A DNA stretch of 64,000 bases from Bacillota bacterium (GTDB lineage: Bacteria; Bacillota; Bacilli; Paenibacillales; NBRC-103111), in the NCBI GenBank assembly GCA_023388055.1, contig JAEWGW010000026.1, positions 11,637 to 75,636 of the forward strand. Reading direction: 5' to 3'. The notes below the pieces were generated by a model that saw nothing but the letters and a program-made list of their open reading frames with translations, was not told where the DNA came from and searched no databases. A program made the translations under genes and the position numbers. This document shows, in pieces, positions 9,401-17,706 of the stretch (position 1 is the stretch's first letter; each line of letters opens with the position of its first letter).

Positions 9401-10194
9401 CCCTGACCCAGTACCGCAAGCTGCTGGCGGAGGGTTATGAGGAGGCGGAGGCATGGGATTTGGCCTGCGCCCGGATTTTCGGCCCCGCGGCGGCGGAGTA
9501 TGGGACTAATCTTACGAAGCTGGTGGAGACCAAAGCCTGGACGGAGGAAGCCGAGCTGGGCCAATCCTATCTGAACAGCCTCAAGTATGTGTACAGCGGT
9601 GCCAGCCGGGGAAAAGAGGCGGGAGAGCTGTTTGCCGACCGACTCGGTACAGTGGAACTGGTATCCCAGGTGCGCAGCGACCATGAGCATGAGGTCACCG
9701 ATCTGGACCATTTTTATGAATTTTTCGGCGGGCTGGCCAAATCGGTCCATATGCTGAAGGGGACGGAGGCGGACATCTATATTTCGGATACCACCGGACT
9801 GCGTCCCCGCTCGGAGGATGCCGCGGCGGCCATCGGCAGAGGTCTCCGCACCCGGCTGCTGAATCCCGCCTGGATCAACGGGCTTCTGGAGCATCCGTTT
9901 CACGGTGCGCAGAAAATCGCCGAACGCTTCGGGAACATGCTGGGTTTGGCGGCGACCACGGGCAAGGTGGATTCCTGGATGTTTTCGGAGCTGCATCAGG
10001 CTTATGTGGCGGATGAGGAGAGAAGCCGGCGGATGGAGGAGAATAACCGGTGGGCCTACCATCAGGCGCTGGAAAGCCTCTTGGAAAGTCATCAGCGCCG
10101 GTATTGGGACGCCTCGGTGGAGGAGCTGGAGCAGCTGCGCAGCCGCTACATGGAGCTGGAAGGGGAGCTGGAGGGAGCGGTTGAAGCAAAATAA
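6436..10194 (+). CDS. Class I chelatase large subunit (CobN/ChlH family)
   Basis: PELDG, NYPPG, HVGTHGTLEF, GNPAEAMVAKRR, LPTGYN, RPRLNVVVTICGFFRD, RLLNPAW; TAATG coupling with RBS AAGGAG. Confidence 0.93.
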   Translation: MKLIVCTASYDVLRNFSAVFSDLSPERKQELKLSLYHTEEMPQPEVLAQLQAAVREADVILHDPHGMADSLIKLLLAECAGCRAQQITVGGDSGRLGRLLRLGDLTGRDVEALAANNRQPTDHQPSARSIPSRPSTTLISAQQQDYELLLKLRTYWQSGGLENIRNLLLQVVHQWGGEEASHWPMPEEPMTLNGLNLFDPTTRKRYKTLGEYWQKTSRNPDASTVAVLFMGSTYPVDLHPIVAGMMERLRGFAHVLPVAFGSITGVDVGQLRELLLYGSPSGGAVNMVVNFIPFRLGAGPVGGDSSAVLALLEELKAPLLHPVFLSKRLRQEWEDSPEGLSPGEFLVQMMLPELDGAIELLPLAAMDEEGVHEELGIKWRTLSLIEERADRLAAKIRRWLALQTKPRQNKRLSILCYNYPPGEAHLFGGSFLDTFESVSRLLTRLKQAGYDVQEMSAAELRDAFVGRGLINSAQWRDEAGSANMLRYSHTRCEAYFRQSPHRREMEEQWGPPPGDMMSDGGSYLIPGLVNGNVFIGLQPARGIHEQSEKAYHDRSVLPPYQYQAFYHYLRQEFKTDAILHVGTHGTLEFMTGKETGMSGRCLPDELAGELPHLYYYYVGNPAEAMVAKRRSHAVLMSYQSPPFVESELYGEYLLLDALLNEYHQAEKLNPGQCPDIWTRIMKKAAELHLEAEDAEAIEDEIYRMRRSLIPAGLHVLGEGYNREEAASYMKFVLRHDRHEVRSLQGLVAEAEGLDYEQLTAGSHTPELQRLDDLVTALTAQFAETGEVPSLASGNIALQEAWAKTWQFGRQAFRLASSNLELDQLIRLLDGEYSPARLAGDAIRHPDILPTGYNLYQFDCRSVPSDTAASRGAAIADNVVELYQRHHGHVPDTTALVMWGLETSRTQGETFGQILRLMGVRIAGRSRFNQPVFDIIPLGELGRPRLNVVVTICGFFRDMFPNLLETLNELFRQVSALDETEEENRFRKHSLTQYRKLLAEGYEEAEAWDLACARIFGPAAAEYGTNLTKLVETKAWTEEAELGQSYLNSLKYVYSGASRGKEAGELFADRLGTVELVSQVRSDHEHEVTDLDHFYEFFGGLAKSVHMLKGTEADIYISDTTGLRPRSEDAAAAIGRGLRTRLLNPAWINGLLEHPFHGAQKIAERFGNMLGLAATTGKVDSWMFSELHQAYVADEERSRRMEENNRWAYHQALESLLESHQRRYWDASVEELEQLRSRYMELEGELEGAVEAK

Positions 10195-10386
10195 TGCAGG
10201 AAGAACCACTTGCATGCCCGCCGTCCTCGGAGGTTCGGAAGAAACACCTCCAGAGGGATGGGGTGGTCCTGCTACGGCCATGGATAGAAAAAGTTTATTT
10301 TTTACAGAATGAAGTTCTTTTTCTAACTGTATGGATGCCGTCCGACTGCACTATAATCAAGTTGCAAACGGAGGCTGATCAAAATC

Positions 10387-11973
10387 ATGACATTCGATAT
10401 CATCATTACCCAACAGGCCCGGGAGCTTGCAGCCAGCTTGGACTTCCGGCAGCTGCTTCAACAGGTATGCTGCCCCTCCTATCAGAAGGAACGGGTGCAG
10501 GATATGGCCGGATTCGGGTCCATGTTTTTTCATCCCGATGACATGGAGGAGCTGAAGGGGCATATCCGTGGCTTCAAGGAGAGCTGCTCCATCCCGCCCT
10601 TCATTGTCAGTGACCTGGAATGCGGTGCAGGCAGCATGGTCAGGGGAGCCACTGTATTTCCTTCTGCCATGGCAATCAGCCAAACCAACTCCCCTGAGCT
10701 GGCATATGAGGCGGGACGGATTGCCGCTGAGGAGGCAGGGGAGCTGGGGTACAACTGGACCTTTTCCCCGGTGGTTGATCTGGCCTGTGAGCCGGACAGT
10801 CCTGTAGTCGGGCTGCGCAGCCCGGGAGCGGACCCGGACCATGCCGCCGTTATGGCCGGGGCATATATGCGCGGGCTGCAGGACCATGGCATGATGGCCA
10901 CCATCAAGCATTTTCCGGGAGACGGGCACAGCACCTACGACCAGCATCTGACCACCCCTGAGAATCTGCTGGACATGGACACCTGGCGGGAGCAATCGGG
11001 CAAGGTTTTTATGCGTTTGATCGAGGAGGGGGCCATGTGTGTGATGCCGGGGCATATTGCCTTTCCCGCCTACGATGAGAGGGATGCGGCATTAGGCCTG
11101 TACCCGCCCGCCACACTCTCCAGGCGGCTCCTTCAGGACTTGCTGCGAGGGGAGCTGGGCTTTAAGGGGCTGATTGTGTCCGACGCCATCGGCATGGGCG
11201 GGGCGGTAGGCTTCGCCTCTTATTATGACGCCTGTGCTCTTGCCCTGGAGAATGGCTGCGACTGTCTGCTTTTCCCCAAGATAGACGAAATCTTCTACAC
11301 CGAGATGCAGTGCCGGGTTGACCGGGGCATGCTGACTCTGGAAGCTCTTCGGGAACGGGCAGCCCGCATCCTTTCCTTGAAGGAGCAGCTTGGCATCTTA
11401 AAGCCGGACACCCGCCCCCTCTTCAAGACGGATAAAGAGAAAAACAGGCAGATATCCGATGCGGTGGTGGAGCAGAGCATCACGGTAATTCGTGACCGGA
11501 AGAGCCGGATTCCGTTCTCCATTCATGAGGATACCCGGATACTGCATGTCACGATTATGAATGATGCCGAGGAGCATAAGGAAATGCTGGAGGACCTGCA
11601 GAATGGGATCAGAGCGTATACCGGGCAGCTTGACTGCTGGGTAGATCCGGGGCCGGATGCATTGTTCGAGGCGGCCATCCATAACCGTTATGACCTTATT
11701 ATCTGCTCCATCGGCAGCGAGCTGAGCTATGGCCTGAACGTGGTCCGGCTCCACGGCAGGGTGGCCCGGAACATGATGCAGGGGTGGATGAAGCTGGATA
11801 CGCCGGTTATCTTCGTGGCTCATTTTCATCCCTTCATCCACCGGGAATACCAAGCGTCTGCTGATACCGTCATCAACACATACGGAAATACCGCCCACAC
11901 CGCCAAATGTCTGATGGAGGGCATCACCGGCAAGCGGGAGCTGTCCCGAACGCTGCATGTGCATAGCCGTTGA
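10387..11973 (+). CDS. GH3 glycoside hydrolase/phosphorylase (NagZ/Nag3-like, two-domain)
   Basis: SDLECG, FSPVVDL, KHFPGDG...DQH, LLRGELGFKGLIVSDA; no signal peptide. Confidence 0.9.
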   Translation: MTFDIIITQQARELAASLDFRQLLQQVCCPSYQKERVQDMAGFGSMFFHPDDMEELKGHIRGFKESCSIPPFIVSDLECGAGSMVRGATVFPSAMAISQTNSPELAYEAGRIAAEEAGELGYNWTFSPVVDLACEPDSPVVGLRSPGADPDHAAVMAGAYMRGLQDHGMMATIKHFPGDGHSTYDQHLTTPENLLDMDTWREQSGKVFMRLIEEGAMCVMPGHIAFPAYDERDAALGLYPPATLSRRLLQDLLRGELGFKGLIVSDAIGMGGAVGFASYYDACALALENGCDCLLFPKIDEIFYTEMQCRVDRGMLTLEALRERAARILSLKEQLGILKPDTRPLFKTDKEKNRQISDAVVEQSITVIRDRKSRIPFSIHEDTRILHVTIMNDAEEHKEMLEDLQNGIRAYTGQLDCWVDPGPDALFEAAIHNRYDLIICSIGSELSYGLNVVRLHGRVARNMMQGWMKLDTPVIFVAHFHPFIHREYQASADTVINTYGNTAHTAKCLMEGITGKRELSRTLHVHSR

Positions 11974-11996
11974 ATTCTACTGTCATTTGACTGCAG

Positions 11997-12037
11997 AAAA
12001 AAGCATGACCACCCTTGCAGGGCGGCCATGCTTTTTT
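11997..12037. terminator. Bidirectional intrinsic terminator
   Basis: AAAAAAGCATG...CATGCTTTTTT hairpin between convergent genes. Confidence 0.85.
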
Positions 12038-12039
12038 AG

Positions 12040-13395
12040 TTAATTCGAATTTGCCGGCTTGCCCTTAAATTTAATAAAGGACCATACCGCCAGCAGCACC
12101 ACAACTGCGAGACAAGCGCCGATGCTGACCCGGTTCTGGGCATCCACCAGGAACAGGCAGGCGATCACTGCCAAACAGCCGATGGTCAGCATGGTGATAT
12201 ACGGGTAGCCCCATACCTTGAAGCCGGGCTCCTTGGGATAGCTTTTGCGCAGCTTCAGCTGAGAGAGGCAGATGCTGATCCAGACCAGCAGCACCACAAA
12301 CCCCGGTACTGCCATGAGAATCCGAAACAGGCTGTCCTGGTAGAAGTAGGCCAGCATTGCCCCCACACCAAGGATAACGGCGCACAGCTTCAGACTGTTC
12401 ACCGGCACACCCTTGCGGGAGGTGCGGGCCAAGGCCGCAGGTGCTTCACCCTGCGAGGCCATGGAGTGGAGCATCCGGGTCGCGCCGTATATCCCGGAGT
12501 TGGCGGCAGACAGAACCGCTGTAATCAGAATGAAATTCATCACGTGAGCCGAGCCCTGCAGACCGATGGAGGCCAGCACCTGTACGAAAGGGCTGGTATG
12601 CCCGTCCAACTGATCCCAAGGAATCAGTCCGCAGATAATGAGAATGGGCAGGGTGTAGAACAGAACCACCCGGAGTATAAAGCTTTTGACTACGCGGGGT
12701 AGAACCTTCTCCGCATCCTGAGCCTCTGTCAGCGTCAGTCCGATAAGCTCCGACCCGCCGTAGGAGAACATCACCACTAACAATCCGGAGAAGATAGCGG
12801 TGAAGCCCTGCGGGAAAAAACCGCCATGCTTCGTAAAATTCTGCGTCAGTGAAGGAGCGTCGGCAACCGGGATGATCCCGAACAGAATGCCTGCGCCTAA
12901 CACGATAAACACAATAATCATTGTGATTTTGATGCCAGCCAGCCAAAATTCCGTTTCCCCGAAGCCGCCGACACTCATCATATTAATAATGAGAATCAGC
13001 GCTGCGCTGGCCAATGTCAGCAGCCACAAGGGCATATCCGGCAGCCAATATTGGAGGAAGCTTCCTGCCGCCAGCACTTCGATGACACACACCGTCAGCC
13101 ACATGAAGCAATACAGCCAGCCTACGATGAAGGAGAGGCGTTCGCCGAAGGCGTCGCGGATAAAATCCTTCATGTTCTTATTGGAGTACACCGTAGCCAT
13201 CTCCGCAATGGCTCCCATGACCACCAGCAACAGCAGCCCTGCAAACACGTAGGACAGCACAATACCGGGTCCGGCGATGCCGATGGTTTCAGCACTGCCC
13301 TTGAAGATCCCGGTGCCGATGACTCCGCCCATGGCCATAAAGCTGATATGCCGCGGCCGGAGCTTTTTTTGCAAAGAATCGTCATTTCCGCTCAC
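12040..13395 (-). CDS. APC-family amino acid permease
   Basis: LRPRHISFMAMGGVIGTG, FSYGGSE, SPFV, LSAANSG; GTG start at 13395 after GGGGG RBS preferred over 13467. Confidence 0.92.
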   Translation of the reverse strand: MSGNDDSLQKKLRPRHISFMAMGGVIGTGIFKGSAETIGIAGPGIVLSYVFAGLLLLVVMGAIAEMATVYSNKNMKDFIRDAFGERLSFIVGWLYCFMWLTVCVIEVLAAGSFLQYWLPDMPLWLLTLASAALILIINMMSVGGFGETEFWLAGIKITMIIVFIVLGAGILFGIIPVADAPSLTQNFTKHGGFFPQGFTAIFSGLLVVMFSYGGSELIGLTLTEAQDAEKVLPRVVKSFILRVVLFYTLPILIICGLIPWDQLDGHTSPFVQVLASIGLQGSAHVMNFILITAVLSAANSGIYGATRMLHSMASQGEAPAALARTSRKGVPVNSLKLCAVILGVGAMLAYFYQDSLFRILMAVPGFVVLLVWISICLSQLKLRKSYPKEPGFKVWGYPYITMLTIGCLAVIACLFLVDAQNRVSIGACLAVVVLLAVWSFIKFKGKPANSN

Positions 13396-13472
13396 AATTG
13401 ACAAGCCCCCTGATTGTTTCCAAAATACAGACTTGTCTAGTTTACCTTGAATGTCAGATTTGGACAATCCCT

Positions 13473-14774
13473 TTATATCAATTGATCAGCGATGGCTTCC
13501 AGCAGTAAGCGTACCGCATCAGCGCTGCGTTCCTGCTCGAAGTAGGAGGCGGCAAGTGTCAGCTCCCCGCCGTAGGAGCTGGCCCCTAACATAAAGGCGG
13601 GGGCATGCATCGCAGGGGTAATGGCATATACACGGTTAGCTGCGGCCTCCCCAAATTGGAGCGTACCGGAGGTAATCCAGCCTAAATTGGAGAAAATGGG
13701 GGCGGATTGCCCGGCCGCTTTCATCCGGGAGCTGGCCTGCACGAGCATCCCCTGTGCCTGCGGATAAGGCAGCCTGGCCAGAAAATCCATGGAGACGGCG
13801 CTGTGCAATCCCGGATGGGATTCCTTAACAGCTGCCATCCTCTCGTGAACCCGTTTGACAGTTTGTACAAACGTCTCGTCCGCAGATATAGGCACCGCCA
13901 CCTTCTCCATCCCTGAGAGGTTACATACCCCAGGCTGTTCACCCGAGGGGAAATATCTCCGTAAATCTATGGTCAGATTAACGGCGGTTTGGCGGATTTC
14001 CCCGTTAAGGTCTGCTGAACCTTGGTCCAGTCCTGCCAAAGCACGGGTTAAGGCAGCCAGCAGCATATCGTTGACGGTGATACCTTCCTCCCGAGGCCGC
14101 AAGTCGGCAAACGGCACACGAAGAATGGCATAACGGGCTTGACCGGAGGTGCCCTCCTGGAAGGGGATGGTGACGGAGGGAAGGGGCGTATCCTTCTCCG
14201 GCTTGTAAGCCTGACGGATATCCTGGAAACCGGCCGCTTCATACACCCGCTTGGAGGAGCGTTCCGGAAAGCCGGAAGCAGCGTCTTCCTCATGGCTTTG
14301 CCCATCCGCCCCAGTCTGCTTCAGAAAAAGCCGGTTGTAGATGCCGCACAGGAGCTGCAGATACGCCTTGGCCCCTCCGCCGTCACAGCAGGCATGGTCC
14401 AGCTTGATGCATAGCACATCACCTGCGGGTCCGCGGATCAGTTGAACCAGCAGCTGCCGTCCTTCTTCAAGAGGAAGCTCCTCTACAAAATGACGGATGG
14501 CATTGGCTGGGGAATCGGCTGCGGTGATACGGAGCCAAGCTTCTGGCCCAACTATGTGTATGGGCGTCCAGCAGGGCGGCGCCTGAGTGTCATCGAAGCG
14601 GCAGGCAAGGACGGGCTCCACTTGAAGGGACTGCAGAACAGCCTGCTCCAATAGGTTATCATCCAGTGCACACTCAAACTCTGCAATTATATGAAGCAAT
14701 GAATTGGAATCTTGAATGTGGGCAATCTGATTGGCCCAATCCTGACCTGTTGCGGCTCCTGAACATGTACTCAT
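13473..14774 (-). CDS. Stand-alone condensation-domain / CoA-dependent acyltransferase
   Basis: HxxxDG motif (DHACCDG), TVNDMLLAA, IDLRRY, FSNLG; RBS GAGG. Confidence 0.8.
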   Translation of the reverse strand: MSTCSGAATGQDWANQIAHIQDSNSLLHIIAEFECALDDNLLEQAVLQSLQVEPVLACRFDDTQAPPCWTPIHIVGPEAWLRITAADSPANAIRHFVEELPLEEGRQLLVQLIRGPAGDVLCIKLDHACCDGGGAKAYLQLLCGIYNRLFLKQTGADGQSHEEDAASGFPERSSKRVYEAAGFQDIRQAYKPEKDTPLPSVTIPFQEGTSGQARYAILRVPFADLRPREEGITVNDMLLAALTRALAGLDQGSADLNGEIRQTAVNLTIDLRRYFPSGEQPGVCNLSGMEKVAVPISADETFVQTVKRVHERMAAVKESHPGLHSAVSMDFLARLPYPQAQGMLVQASSRMKAAGQSAPIFSNLGWITSGTLQFGEAAANRVYAITPAMHAPAFMLGASSYGGELTLAASYFEQERSADAVRLLLEAIADQLI

Positions 14775-14807
14775 TTTGACTCCGCCTCTCTCATAAAATA
14801 GATCATA

Positions 14808-15410
14808 TCAAGCAGCTTCTCTCAGCAGCACCCCATCGAGCAGCGCCGGGTCGGGACACTGGAAAAATTCCCTCATGGTCAGCCGGAACGCACAAAGCCC
14901 TTGAAGCGAAGCCCAATACAGAATAGCCAGCTGCATGGAATCGCCCTGCTTGAAGGTACCCTCCTTCTGCCCCTCTTCAATTAACCCGGCCAAAATTTTG
15001 AAGGGGAGCGTGGAGTTGGTCAAATGGGGGGACATGCTGCCGTCCCGCACCAATCCGGCTTGCAGCATCAGGGTGAAATACTGTGCGGTTTTGGTGCCGC
15101 GCTGCAGAATATCCGTAAGAGATCGGGAGATAAGCTGGAGCCGATCCTTGGCTGTCCCCGGGTTGCCCCGGTAACGGGACATGGCTTCACCGGAAAAGCT
15201 GACGGCACGGCTGACAAGCTCATAAAAAAGAACTTCCTTGGATGCAAAATAATGATACAAAAGCCCGGTGCTGATACCCGCTTCCTTGGCGATGCCGGCA
15301 ATATTCGTTGCCGCCAGTCCGTTATGGGCGAAGAGCAGCAAAGCAGCATCGAGAATTTTCTCACGGGTGGCTTCTTTGATTTGACGATTTTGGTCCTGTG
15401 TGCGGGGGAT
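14808..15410 (-). CDS. TetR/AcrR-family regulator (apparent ATC start)
   Basis: HTH IAKEAGISTGLLYHYF.SKE; in-frame extension xPRTQDQNRQIKEATREKILDAA starts at ATC 8 nt after AAGGAGG. Confidence 0.85.
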   Translation of the reverse strand: MPRTQDQNRQIKEATREKILDAALLLFAHNGLAATNIAGIAKEAGISTGLLYHYFASKEVLFYELVSRAVSFSGEAMSRYRGNPGTAKDRLQLISRSLTDILQRGTKTAQYFTLMLQAGLVRDGSMSPHLTNSTLPFKILAGLIEEGQKEGTFKQGDSMQLAILYWASLQGLCAFRLTMREFFQCPDPALLDGVLLREAA

Positions 15411-15433
15411 AAGGGGAGCCTCCTTTTTATTGA

Positions 15434-15477
15434 TTGAATATTAATTCAACCATAAATCTGATAGGAGAAATTGTCAA
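15434..15477 (-). promoter_or_regulatory. TetR promoter with palindromic operator
   Basis: Minus strand TTGACA-17-TATGGT, followed by near-perfect palindrome TTGAATATTAATTCAA (15434-15449). Confidence 0.7.
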
Positions 15478-15557
15478 TAGGTACATCCTTTATATTCAAT
15501 ACCTGGGAAATGAATTAGAATAGAATAAACCAACAACGTATGAAAAGTGGTGGACAA

Positions 15558-15797
15558 ATGAAAATTGTACGCAGGATTGTGGATATATTGCTGGTGCTGG
15601 TTGTCATATTTCTCATGTTTGGGTTGATCCAGCTTCCCAATCTGACCTGGAGTGAGGATATGGTGAAGTGGGCGAAGCTTAACTTATGGGTACAAAAGGG
15701 ATTCGCCGTTTTATTTATTCTGACCCTAACCCGGCTATATCTGAAAAAACTGGCCACGAAACCAGCGGAGCCAAAGGAGCGTTCTCCGCAGGAATAA
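15558..15797 (+). CDS. Small membrane protein (2 predicted TM helices)
   Basis: Two hydrophobic stretches flanked by basic residues; alternative ATG at 15540. Confidence 0.65.
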   Translation: MKIVRRIVDILLVLVVIFLMFGLIQLPNLTWSEDMVKWAKLNLWVQKGFAVLFILTLTRLYLKKLATKPAEPKERSPQE

Positions 15798-15957
15798 GCC
15801 ACTTTTGGGGAGCAAAAGCAGCATTTTATCAAAATATAAGCTAATTTATGGTATATTTAGTACCATAGAGTAAAAAAGGCTTGACACATGTATGGTACAA
15901 TTGGTTTATGCGGGTAAGTCAGCAAGCTTTCATATTCCAGGAATAGGAGGATATCGA

Positions 15958-16482
15958 ATGTTCCAGGCAGGTGAGTTTGTCATTTACGGCAATAGCGGGG
16001 TTTGTGAAGTGAAAGAGGTGGGAATCCCCGGATTCTCCGCAGGGGAAAATCCCAGATCTTATTACACCCTGGCTCCGTTGCACAGTACGGAAACCATCTA
16101 TACTCCTGTGGATACCAAGGTGCTGATGCGGACGGTGATCTCCTCCGCAGAAGCCCGGCATCTGCTTGAGCATTTTCCGGAGCTGCAGGAGGAGGATTAT
16201 AGTGCATGCAATACCAAATGGCTGGCCAATGCCTATGAATCCTCCCTGCAGGATTATACCTGTGAAACGCTTATGAAGCTCATCAAATCCATCTGCATGC
16301 GGAACTGCGAGGTTATCCTGAGCAAACGGAAGCTGAATGAAACGGATCTGAAATATTTGAAGCGGGCCGAGGATCTGCTGTACAACGAGTTTTCCGTAGC
16401 CCTTGGGTTAACGGTAGATGATGTGAAGCAAATCATTGAAGAGGCGTTGGATGAGCTTATGGCCCAAAAGGCAAACAGCTGA
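15958..16482 (+). CDS. CarD-family RNA polymerase-binding regulator
   Basis: MFQAGEFVIYGNSGVCEV N-terminus, YYTLAP, LKRAEDLLYNEFS; RBS AGGAGG. Confidence 0.85.
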   Translation: MFQAGEFVIYGNSGVCEVKEVGIPGFSAGENPRSYYTLAPLHSTETIYTPVDTKVLMRTVISSAEARHLLEHFPELQEEDYSACNTKWLANAYESSLQDYTCETLMKLIKSICMRNCEVILSKRKLNETDLKYLKRAEDLLYNEFSVALGLTVDDVKQIIEEALDELMAQKANS

Positions 16483-16492
16483 CCAGCCACTG

Positions 16493-17029
16493 TCAAACCG
16501 GCGAAAGAAGCCCGCGGCGCTCCAGCTCCAAAAGCCCGGTTTTCATGGTTAAGCCGCCGCGGTAGCCGGTCAAGGCGCCCTGCTTGCCCACAACACGGTG
16601 GCAGGGCACGGTGATCAGCACCGGGTTGGCCCCGATGGCGGCGCCTACGGCCCGGGATGCCTGTGGTTTGTCCAATAGGCGGGCAATGTCCGAATAGGTC
16701 ACCGTCTGTCCGTAAGGGATGCTGTTCAGAGCATCCCATACCGCAAGCTGGAATGGGGTGCCGCACAAATCCAACGGAACGGTGAAATCCTGCCGTTCTC
16801 CCTGCAGATAGCCGGTAAGCTGCCCGATATAGGGGGCCAGCTTGCCGGCATCTTCTGTTAAGCGGCAGCTTTGAAGCCGCCTGCAAGCCCAATCCTCCAG
16901 CTCCTCGTAGGAACGGCCCGCTGAACCCACGTAACAAAGCCCTTGCTCTGTCGCGGCCACGTGCAGACTCCATGTCCCAAGCGTAAACCGGGTCCAATAG
17001 ACAGGTGTTCCCTTTAGGTTTCTTCTCAT
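16493..17029 (-). CDS. ogt: Methylated-DNA-protein-cysteine methyltransferase (Ogt/AdaB)
   Basis: GTPFQ..VW, IPYGQTVTY, RAVG, PCHRV active site. Confidence 0.93.
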   Translation of the reverse strand: MRRNLKGTPVYWTRFTLGTWSLHVAATEQGLCYVGSAGRSYEELEDWACRRLQSCRLTEDAGKLAPYIGQLTGYLQGERQDFTVPLDLCGTPFQLAVWDALNSIPYGQTVTYSDIARLLDKPQASRAVGAAIGANPVLITVPCHRVVGKQGALTGYRGGLTMKTGLLELERRGLLSPV

Positions 17030-17607
17030 TCCAACATTCCTCCTTTAACGGCATCTGTGTGCTGCTTCCGGTATTGCGCCGGGGTGCAGCCTGTTTGGCT
17101 TTTGAACAAGGTAATGAAATAGGGGGTATTGGCTAATCCCACATCCGTACCAATAACCGACACCGGCTTGTCCGTGGATAGCAGCTCTGCTGCGGCTTGT
17201 TCGATGCGGACCTGCTGGACATATGCAGCCGGTGTTTGGCCAGTGATGCGTTTGAAGGTCCGGTGCAGGTGAAACGGGCTGCTGTGGGAGCTGTCCGCCA
17301 GGGTTTGCAGGTGAAGGGGGGCGGCATAATGCCGGCGGATATATGCCGTCACCATGGAAATCCACTCCTCATCCGGCATCCGTTCTCCGGTGGGCCTGCA
17401 CCGTTTGCATGGCCGGTAGCGGGCGTCCAGTGCTTCCCGGGAGGAAGCGAAAATCTGCGTGTTTTCTTTTTTGGGCGGCCTGGATTTGCAGGAGGGCCGG
17501 CAAAAAATGCCCGTAGAGCTGACTCCGTATACAAACTGCCCATCAAAGGCGGCATCATTGTTCAGAATGGCCTGCCATTTTTCGTCTGGTAAATAGAAAT
17601 CCCCCAA
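17026..17607 (-). CDS. adaA: AdaA: methylphosphotriester methyltransferase / AraC activator
   Basis: Zn motifs FCRPSC and RPCKRC plus C-terminal AraC HTH; TTG start after GGAGGTG. Confidence 0.9.
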   Translation of the reverse strand: MGDFYLPDEKWQAILNNDAAFDGQFVYGVSSTGIFCRPSCKSRPPKKENTQIFASSREALDARYRPCKRCRPTGERMPDEEWISMVTAYIRRHYAAPLHLQTLADSSHSSPFHLHRTFKRITGQTPAAYVQQVRIEQAAAELLSTDKPVSVIGTDVGLANTPYFITLFKSQTGCTPAQYRKQHTDAVKGGMLE

Positions 17608-17706
17608 ACCCGATCACCTCCACACCCAGTATAACCCGGATGAGGCTGGTTTGGCGGATTTGGGGGGTGTAACAGCAAGATAACGAAATTTCAGCTTAAA
17701 AGCTGC

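Noticed and set aside
3501..10194. Photosynthesis or de novo B12 biosynthesis cluster
   Set aside because: No bch/chl, cob/cbi or methyltransferase genes flank the chelatase in this window
10194..10541. 115-aa ORF coupled to the chelatase stop
   Set aside because: Runs through a hairpin, the GH3 promoter and the GH3 start in another frame; no recognisable motif
13473..14774. NRPS biosynthetic cluster
   Set aside because: Single condensation-like domain with no adenylation, carrier or thioesterase genes
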